This document shows, piece after piece, positions 56,769 through 64,000 of a stretch of DNA of 64,000 nt (its first letter is position 1; every line of letters starts with the position of its first letter). The notes under the pieces are model-generated. The model was not told the origin of the DNA. It ran no database searches and was given only the letters and a program-made list of their open reading frames with translations. The translations under genes and the position numbers were made by a program. The stretch is from an uncultured Desulfobacter sp. (GTDB lineage: Bacteria > Desulfobacterota > Desulfobacteria > Desulfobacterales > Desulfobacteraceae), in assembly GCA_963665095.1 (NCBI GenBank), contig OY762069.1, forward strand, positions 2,624,001-2,688,000, read 5' to 3'.

Positions 56769-57355
56769 TTCATCGGCCTTTAATGAACGCTAAATTTTCT
56801 ATGAAACGTAAAAACCCTTTTTTAGTTTCCTTTCTGACCGCAGGTATGTGCGCTTTTGGCGTTTTCTGCATCGCGCATTTCAGCCCCACATCTTACTTTA
56901 ATCCCTTAACCATGATAGCGGACCACTGGCTGGTGGTTTTTAGTGGCTTGACCTTGAGTGCTCTATCAGGCGCTCTGTGGACCCGTGATATTTTTCAAAG
57001 CATCATGCTGGCATTGGGCGGATTCTTTCTGCTGACCGGTTTTTATTTCTTGGGCAACGGTATGCTGGACGGGCACAGCCCAGCAGTACATAGATATTAC
57101 ATAATAGCCAAAGACAAAGAATATGAAGATGCCGGTGCAAAGCCAGGTTATTGGAACTATTATTTAAAAGGCAAGACAGCACAAGGGCTGCAGTTTCGGT
57201 TTTCCACATCGGTGGGGCATATCACCGGTCAGGAGTGGGAAATCGCGCAACCCGACAGTGGAGATTTTATTGAAGTTCATGAACGCCCCGGTGCTTTTGG
57301 CACAGCCTGGCGGGAAATAAAGGGATTAAGACGGGAGAAAACACCAATAGAGTGA
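56765..57355 (+). CDS. Hypothetical membrane protein
   Basis: Three TM segments then a soluble domain. Confidence 0.6.
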   Translation: MIHRPLMNAKFSMKRKNPFLVSFLTAGMCAFGVFCIAHFSPTSYFNPLTMIADHWLVVFSGLTLSALSGALWTRDIFQSIMLALGGFFLLTGFYFLGNGMLDGHSPAVHRYYIIAKDKEYEDAGAKPGYWNYYLKGKTAQGLQFRFSTSVGHITGQEWEIAQPDSGDFIEVHERPGAFGTAWREIKGLRREKTPIE

Positions 57356-57500
57356 TGGGTATACAGATACTGAAAAAATATGGCAGGGTTTAAAGACTAT
57401 TATAGATAAAAGTCACATAACCCGGCGCTCTTAAGGACAGGTTGTTCTGTGATAAAGCGACCTGGTGGAAAGGCCTTGTAATGGCTATTTGTAAAATTGT

Positions 57501-57855
57501 TTACAAAAACAGATCCGGCCCGGCAAAAACCAGGCAGGCCCGGTGCAGGCCGCCCTCTTCCCGGCTGGTATAGGACCAGCCGAGCCGATCACACAGCTGG
57601 CGGATCAACTGCAGGCCCAGGCCAAAGCCCAGATCCCGGGGATTATTCTCTTCTGTTTCAATGTCATTGATGATCTGCACGCAGGTTTCGGTCTGAACGA
57701 TTCGCACCCGGCCCTGCCAGGTATGCTGAAAAGCGTTGCGGATCAGATTTCCCGTCACAATGCGCGCCGGCACTTCGGGCAGGGTCAACACCGCCGGTAC
57801 TGTATCCTGGTTCACCTCAACCGCCTTGTCCCTGAGCAGGTAGCTGGCTTCTTCC
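57501..57855 (-). pseudogene. 3' fragment of a sensor histidine kinase (duplicate of ~62287-62644)
   Basis: Near-identical to the intact kinase at an offset of 4,789 bp; ATPase domain only. Confidence 0.92.
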
Positions 57856-58828
57856 ATGATGAAAGAGAGCTGCCAATCATACCCCAACAGGATTTCTTTT
57901 CCCGGACAAAAGAAAGGCGCCGGCCCTTTTAACAAAGAGCCCTGGGCGACCGTCAGGAAAAGTGGTCTATTTTGCCGGCTGCAGTGCAGGATATTTTTTT
58001 CCTGAGGTGGCAAAGTCTGCGGTTCAACTGCTTGAAAGCGCCGGCACAGACGTGGCTGTTCCCGAACAGGACTGCTGCAGCATGCCGCTGCTGATGGAAG
58101 GATACAGACAAAAAGCTCTGGAAAAAATCAAGGCCAATGTCTTTGAACTTGTCAAGGCGGTAAGAAACGGATATGCCTTTGTCTCATCCTGTCCTACTTG
58201 CGTCTATTTTTTCAAAAAAGTGCTTCTGGAAAATGCCTATTTTTCCCCAAAAGCCCAGGAAGCCCTGAACGCCGGCAACAACCAGATGAAGGTCCCGTCG
58301 GTATCTGACAAATTTTTATCCCTGCCCAAAAGCATATATGGCAAAATCTTACAGGATGACGGATACTTCTCATCCATTGACCCGCTTGACAGAATAGACC
58401 TTTCCAATGCGGTTATGGATCTTGGCCAGTACCTGTTATCCCTTCAGAAAGAGGCCCGGTTCGCCGTCGAACTGAACGGTACATCAACGCCGCTAATCTG
58501 CTTTGCCCCGTGCCATCAAAGGGAGCTTGACATCGGGCAACCCTATTTTAAAATTTTTTCATCCATTCCGGGAACTGATATAAAACAGGAGGGAGGTTCA
58601 CTTGACTGCTGCGGCATGACCGGCCACCTGGGGTATAAACAAGCATTCCATGACGCATCCCGGGAAATTGGCCGCCCATTGTTCAAAAAACTTGCAGCTG
58701 AAAAACACCGCACCCTGATAACGGACTGTTTAAGCTGCAGGATGCAGTTTGCCCATGAACTACCCATGGAAATATATCACCCGATCCAGTTGTTGCAGAT
58801 CAGACACACAGATCTACCGGTCGGATAA
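57853..58828 (+). pseudogene. 5'-truncated second copy of the GlpC-like gene
   Basis: Homology to 47558-48510 starts at the junction; first ~105 bp diverged with a net 4-nt loss; lacks the N-terminal Fe-S motifs. Confidence 0.88.
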
Positions 58829-58927
58829 AAAACAGGTAAAACAGGAATCGCATCTGTTATTCCCCCACAATGCCTGCGTTATTGAATCCTATTTAATCAG
58901 GGGTGTGGTGATGACGGAGCTTTGCAG

Positions 58928-59655
58928 CTATGCCTGAGACCTTTCCAGATCCTTGATCAGGCGGGGAATATAGCTTTCGTCATCAGCGCTTAGCCTGTGG
59001 TTGTCTCCAACGTCCAAAAGGTTGGCCGTATTTGCAATAAATATTTTCAGCGCCCCAACTCTTTGCTCGAACCAGGAGGCTTTTGTGTTAATTCTGGCCT
59101 CTTCTTTTAAAATGATCCTTTTTCCCGGATGGCTATAGAAGGGTTCCGGAGGGACATGGGGGACAATATCACCGGAATTTACCACCCTGAAATGAGGTCC
59201 GGCCACCCGGCTGTTGAGCCTGATTTCAAAGGCCCCGTTACCCAGATTTTTTTATTTTCAGGGGCGGCGGAGTCAATCAGATTTGTTAAGCTTATGACCG
59301 CAGGAAACAGGGCATCCTGAAACCCCTCGTGCACTTTTGTCTCTTTCAATGGGCCGGGATCATATACTGCCTGAAAATTGCTGAACCAGTCTTTCAGGTC
59401 GTCACTTCCCCTGAAGACCACTACGATATTGTCATCATTGGATATTACAAAATACTGGGTGTCGATATCCGGTTTTTTGACAATGCTTTCACATCCGATG
59501 AGTTTGTATCCCCATCCTTGTATCGTGCCAGATATTTTAGCCTTCTTTTTTTCATAGGCAAGATTACAGGCCACAGCCAAAGATAATGATGTTTTCTCAC
59601 TATAAGTTTTTTTCTCCTCAAGACCTTTAAAATATTTGTAATATTTCATGTCCAA
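58928..59655 (-). pseudogene. Class 3 lipase with internal deletion and frameshift
   Basis: VVFRGS, VHEGF, IWVTG then a frame break; HSLGG and TFG motifs absent; resumes HFRVVNSGDIVPHVPP in another frame. Confidence 0.85.
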
Positions 59656-60082
59656 CCCCTCCTTTTTTCTCCTTCTGGCTGAAACCAGCCAATATTGACT
59701 GCAAAAACGTGCTCAAAACGACCATTCCCTTTTTTGCCCTTTAAAGACGACTTAAATATAACTTGTAATTTAAGGTAGTTATAATAATATCTCTTGGCCT
59801 CAAATCTTACTCTAAATGGAAATCGAACGTAAATTGAGAATAAGAATCAGGTTCTCATATGCGATAAACTCATTGAAGAAATCCAAACAGAATCGCGCCA
59901 AGCCAGCCCATGAGAGCTTACCGTATTTTTATAAAATTTTATCTCTTATTGCACTAACTAATAGAAAGCATAGAAGATAGTGCTTTTAAAATTTCAAACA
60001 GCTTTGACTGAATCTCATGAAAAAAAAATGAAATAAGATAGAAAACGTATGCAACTTCCAGAAATCATTGTTCATGCCCCCC

Positions 60083-60976
60083 TCACACCACGGGCCGCTT
60101 TTTGACAAACATGTCCTTGTCCCTGGTCACCAGTCCTTTGCGTTTCAGCCGTTCCAGATGCTTTTCCATAATGGCCCTTTCTCCGAACTCAAAAAAATGG
60201 CGGGGCTCCCGGGGCCGGCCGTAAACAATGGCGGCCCCGATGATTCCCTCCATGGTGTGGGGTGTTTCCAGAAGGGCCAAAAGTTTTTCCTCCCGGGTTT
60301 GGATAATGCCCAGATAGCTGTTCCAGAGATGATCCGACGTTTCCTCGAAAAAACCGGTCCCATGGGATGTGATGTGAATACCGGCTGGTATGCCCCGGAG
60401 GTGGTTGATGGACCGGATAAGCATATCAATATCCGAATCCCGGTCGCCGTACCAGGGGCCGAAAGAAGACATGTCGTAGTCTCCCATAAACAGGAGATCG
60501 GGAGCGTCAAAATAAAACGCAGCGTGCCCCGGTGTATGGCCGGGAGCGGCGATGATCGAAACCCGGGTGCTTCCCAGATCCACGGTTTCCCCGTCCCGCA
60601 GAAACCGGTCAGGTGTCCTGGGTCTGAAATGAAAGAAATCCTGCAGCTGGATATACCAGTCGTCCCTGAATTCCGCATCCATACCGTAGGCGTCCAGCAG
60701 GTTTTCCATATTTGCCAGCGGCAGGGCATCGGGTTCCATAATACAAAGGGGTAAGTCGTCGAACAGATCCAGATCCTTGAAATGATCTTCATGCCAGTGG
60801 CTGAGCCAGACCTGGTTCACCCCCTGCTCCTGCCGCAGCCGTTTCAGCCGGTCCCGGTCCGATGCCGGATCAATGAGAACTCCGGCCTCTGCCACATACA
60901 AAGAGTGACAATGGGGATACCGGCCCCGGTTTTTCCCCGGGATAAACATCACGGGTCCGAATTGTCTTTCTTCCAT
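60083..60976 (-). CDS. Metallo-beta-lactamase fold hydrolase
   Basis: SHWHEDH, PGHTPGH, GD, SHG. Confidence 0.9.
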   Translation of the reverse strand: MEERQFGPVMFIPGKNRGRYPHCHSLYVAEAGVLIDPASDRDRLKRLRQEQGVNQVWLSHWHEDHFKDLDLFDDLPLCIMEPDALPLANMENLLDAYGMDAEFRDDWYIQLQDFFHFRPRTPDRFLRDGETVDLGSTRVSIIAAPGHTPGHAAFYFDAPDLLFMGDYDMSSFGPWYGDRDSDIDMLIRSINHLRGIPAGIHITSHGTGFFEETSDHLWNSYLGIIQTREEKLLALLETPHTMEGIIGAAIVYGRPREPRHFFEFGERAIMEKHLERLKRKGLVTRDKDMFVKKRPVV

Positions 60977-61322
60977 AAAATTCGCTCGTTCCTGATGGTC
61001 TCACCGGTTTTCAAAATACCCTGACGTCCGGGGGCATCGTAGCATAATACCTATAGGCTCACAAGGCTGGATATAGTAACACAATCCGTCACCACCCGAC
61101 AGTGTCAGCAAACTCCGGAAAAAATTCGAGTTTGGCTAAGACGCTGAAGACCAGTCAAGTCATGCGGCCCAAGAAACTGATAACTGCGATGGAAGATAAC
61201 TTGTTTAAAAAATTATAGTAAGGCGGTATAGTCACAGGAATTTGAGAAGGTGAAAAACTGAATGGATCGTAATCAGGAATACATTTTGTATTGACAGGAC
61301 AAATGTAGAAAGGACGCTGCCA

Positions 61323-61772
61323 ATGAAAAATAATTACAAACAATATCTCATGGCTGCCGGGACATTATGTTTCCTGGCCGCCCTGTTTCAGGCGGTGATA
61401 GGATTTTTTCCGTCAGTGAGTTTGTACTTCGGAGCCCCGGAAGAACTTGTGGAAAGCCCCCCGGTCCTTATCTGTGCCAGCCTGCTTGTTTCAGTACTTC
61501 TTGTCGGTTCCGGGCTTTACGCCTTGTCAGGAGCCGGCCGTATCCAGAGTCTGCCCTGGTTAAGACAAACCCTTTTAATAATAAGCGGCGTTTTTATACT
61601 GCGCGGGGTGGCGCTTGTTCCGGAAATTCTGGTACTCATGGGTCTGCAGAACGCAGCCATACCTGTGCCGCCAAGGTTTGCGGTTCTTTCTGCAATTTCC
61701 CTGCTGATGGGCCTGATCTTTATAACAGGCACCATTGGCGGCTGGACATCGTTTTCTGTCAGCAACAAGTAA
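61323..61772 (+). CDS. Hypothetical four-TM membrane protein
   Basis: YFGAP, YALSGAG..LPWL, LRG motifs; AAGGA RBS. Confidence 0.75.
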   Translation: MKNNYKQYLMAAGTLCFLAALFQAVIGFFPSVSLYFGAPEELVESPPVLICASLLVSVLLVGSGLYALSGAGRIQSLPWLRQTLLIISGVFILRGVALVPEILVLMGLQNAAIPVPPRFAVLSAISLLMGLIFITGTIGGWTSFSVSNK

Positions 61773-61822
61773 TTACACAGTGAATATGTACAGCCATCCC
61801 GGGTATTAGGCCCACAGCAAGG

Positions 61823-62182
61823 TTACAACTTACCTTTTAGCATATCGCCAAGCCCGGCAAAAGGATTGGTGCTGCCGCCGGAATCCGTTGTGCTGCCGGC
61901 CACGTCATCGGAATAGGCATCAGCGACCTGGTCCCGGGAATGTTCGTTGTCGTGGCAATAGATACAAAGTAATTCCCAGTTGCTCCCATCAGACGGGTTA
62001 TTGTCGTGGTTATGGTCTTTGTGGTGAACAGTAAGTTCTTTGACTCGTTTGCCTTCAAACTCACGGCCACAATGGGCACAGATCCAGGGGAACATTTTAA
62101 GAGCACGCTCCCGGTAGCCAGCCTGGCGAGACTGTTGCTCTCTCAATACTTTCTGAACAAGGCTCTCTTCTTTATTCGGCAT
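61823..62182 (-). CDS. yajD: YajD family HNH nuclease
   Basis: GYRERALKMFPWICAHCGREF..LTVHHKDHNHDNNPSDGSNWELLCIYCHDNEH. Confidence 0.92.
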   Translation of the reverse strand: MPNKEESLVQKVLREQQSRQAGYRERALKMFPWICAHCGREFEGKRVKELTVHHKDHNHDNNPSDGSNWELLCIYCHDNEHSRDQVADAYSDDVAGSTTDSGGSTNPFAGLGDMLKGKL

Positions 62183-62283
62183 ATAATCTACTCCTATTTT
62201 TCAACCGGCGCCTGAACAAAAATTGCCAACCTATTTTGTCGATGATGTCGGTTTAATAAACAAATCGAGTCAGGTAAGGATAG

Positions 62284-63609
62284 TTATTTTAAAAAAAGAT
62301 CCGATCCTCCGGTAAAAACCACACAGGCCCGGTGCAGGCCGCCCTCTTCCCGGCTGGTATAGGACCAGCCGAGCCGATCACACAGCTGGCGGGTCAACTG
62401 CAGGCCCAGGCCAAAGCCCAGATCCCGGGGATTATTCTCTTCTGTTTCAATGTCATTGATGATCTGCACGCAGGTTTCGGTCTGAACGATTCTCACCCGG
62501 CCCTGCCAGGTATGCTGAAAAGCGTTGCGGATCAGATTTCCCGTCACAATGCGTGCCGGCACTTCGGGCAGGGTCAACACCGCCGGTACTGTATCCTGGT
62601 TCACCTCAACCGCCTTGTCCCTGAGCAGGTAGCTGGCTTCTTCCGTCAGTTCCCGGATGAGCTGTTCAAGGTTGATCTGGCTTTCAGGCAGGCGGCTCTG
62701 ATCATCCCGTCCCAGCCACAAAAGGGTCTGGGTTAAATGCTTCATGGTCCGGCCGGCCCGGTCCACCCGCTCAAGTACCCGAACTTTCTGCTGTTTTCTT
62801 TGCTCAACCATGTCCGGATCAGTATCCTGATCATCCCGGGCAGCTTTCTCAATTCGTTTAAGCAGCTCCACATTATTGTGGATCACGCTGATGGGGGTGC
62901 GCAGTTCATGACTGGCATGTCGCAGGAATCTGTGTTCCCTGTCAAGGCTTTTCTGAACCGAGGAGAGGCTGGTCCGGATCAGCCGGGCCAGTTCATTCAA
63001 TTCCGGATATACAAAATCAGGCGGGGTCTCTTTAAGCTTATCTGCGTCCAGCTTATGTGCCCAGCTGCCAAGGGCTTTTACCGGGCGTTCCACGGTCTTG
63101 AGCAGCAGCAGGATAATAGCAGCAATACCCAGAGCCGTCACAAAACTGATGGCAAGAAGCATATGAAGATTGGCTCTGTTATGGTTGCCAATCAGAGGAG
63201 AGGCCTTTTCACGGGGAGGCATGTGGCAGATGTAATAGGTACCGTTTCCATGGGGAACCGCCATGGAAAAAACGATTAGTTTGGGCGGAGAAAACCACTC
63301 TCCGTCCTTGGCCACTTCCATCCGGCCAGGCGTTTGGGGCGCATCAGTGATCTGCCTGATATTTTGGGGCATCTGCTGCCAATCCCTACTGATGAGGTAC
63401 CCGCTGAACCGGTTCAACTGTGAACGCTGTTTTTCCGGGAAGGTATCAATATAGCTTTCCAGGGCCTGGACCATATTGCCGGCAATAATGGCATCCATCC
63501 CCTTGACGAAAAATTTCACACTCAACACCGAATATCCAATGATCAGGACCACAGCCAGAACAAGAAACGACAGAGCCACAAACCATTTTAAACTTAATAC
63601 CGGTTTCAT
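62284..63609 (-). CDS. Sensor histidine kinase
   Basis: Two TM segments, HASHELRTP, NLIRNAFQH, GFGLGL. Confidence 0.93.
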   Translation of the reverse strand: MKPVLSLKWFVALSFLVLAVVLIIGYSVLSVKFFVKGMDAIIAGNMVQALESYIDTFPEKQRSQLNRFSGYLISRDWQQMPQNIRQITDAPQTPGRMEVAKDGEWFSPPKLIVFSMAVPHGNGTYYICHMPPREKASPLIGNHNRANLHMLLAISFVTALGIAAIILLLLKTVERPVKALGSWAHKLDADKLKETPPDFVYPELNELARLIRTSLSSVQKSLDREHRFLRHASHELRTPISVIHNNVELLKRIEKAARDDQDTDPDMVEQRKQQKVRVLERVDRAGRTMKHLTQTLLWLGRDDQSRLPESQINLEQLIRELTEEASYLLRDKAVEVNQDTVPAVLTLPEVPARIVTGNLIRNAFQHTWQGRVRIVQTETCVQIINDIETEENNPRDLGFGLGLQLTRQLCDRLGWSYTSREEGGLHRACVVFTGGSDLFLK

Positions 63610-64000
63610 GTATCCTTACCTTTTCTTAGGGCAAAACCGCGTCCGGGAATCGTTTGAACCAAGGATACATCAAAACCCTCATCAACTGCTTTTCGCAGAT
63701 GATGCAGATGGACTTTCAAACTGTTGCTGTCCGGAGGATCATCCCCCCACACAAATTCGATGAGTTTTTCCTTTGGCACGGTATCAGGCGTTGCCCGCAA
63801 AAGCGCCTCCAGCAGCCGCCACGCAGTGGGGGACAGCTTGATGTTCTGCCCTGCCCTTGTCACAGTATCTTCCTTAATATTCATCTCAAGATCTTCACAG
63901 CGCAGCAGTTGCACCTGACCGCTGCGCCGCCGGGCAAGGGCCTGGATCCGGACCACCAGCTCTCTTAATTCAAAAGGCTTGACCAGATAGTCGTCGGTGC
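63606..64000 (-). CDS. OmpR-family response regulator, 5' part outside the window
   Basis: DDYLVKPFE at the window edge, wHTH SNSLKVHLHHLRK..TIPGRGF. Confidence 0.92.
   Translation of the reverse strand, partial: TDDYLVKPFELRELVVRIQALARRRSGQVQLLRCEDLEMNIKEDTVTRAGQNIKLSPTAWRLLEALLRATPDTVPKEKLIEFVWGDDPPDSNSLKVHLHHLRKAVDEGFDVSLVQTIPGRGFALRKGKDT

Noticed and set aside
57501..58013. 170-aa ORF as a real novel gene
   Set aside because: It is a chance read-through from antisense glpC-like DNA into the kinase fragment across the junction

Overview
Chromosomal window that looks like a sulfate-reducing Desulfobacteraceae (Desulfobacter-like) genome, judged from gene content and style. It has three parts. 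(1) 1-~16,040 is the right-hand part of an AT-rich integrated element that ends in a large serine recombinase whose ORF runs antisense into tRNA-Asn(GTT). The element carries a ubiquitin-like operon (Ubl, E2-fold protein, JAB-E1 fusion) followed in the same direction by a multi-zinc finger, a HerA/VirB4-like ATPase, a wHTH/PD-(D/E)XK protein and an AEP-type primase. Its leftmost ~5.7 kb looks archaeal in both proteins and promoter layout, and includes an atypical receptor-type Ser/Thr kinase facing a secreted Cys-rich peptide. (2) ~16,100-47,000 is core/host DNA: rseC, a tetraheme cytochrome c and rnfCDGEAB (RnfC and RnfD cofactor motifs degenerate, RnfB fused to a GltD-like flavoprotein), mltG, smr, RNase II, comF, rlmB, gmk, yicC, msbA, waaA, an OxyR-like regulator, MocR/DMT, and an ArsR-ArsP-thioredoxin-CcdA cluster. 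(3) ~47,100-64,000 is a plastic region holding two different versions of the same glpC-like/histidine-kinase interval in tandem, joined at a 3-bp microhomology. It includes an NHL-propeller/caspase-like peptidase cluster with a shared C-terminal repeat domain and several pseudogenes. No CRISPR array or rRNA was seen. All family assignments come from motif recognition by eye; no database search was run.
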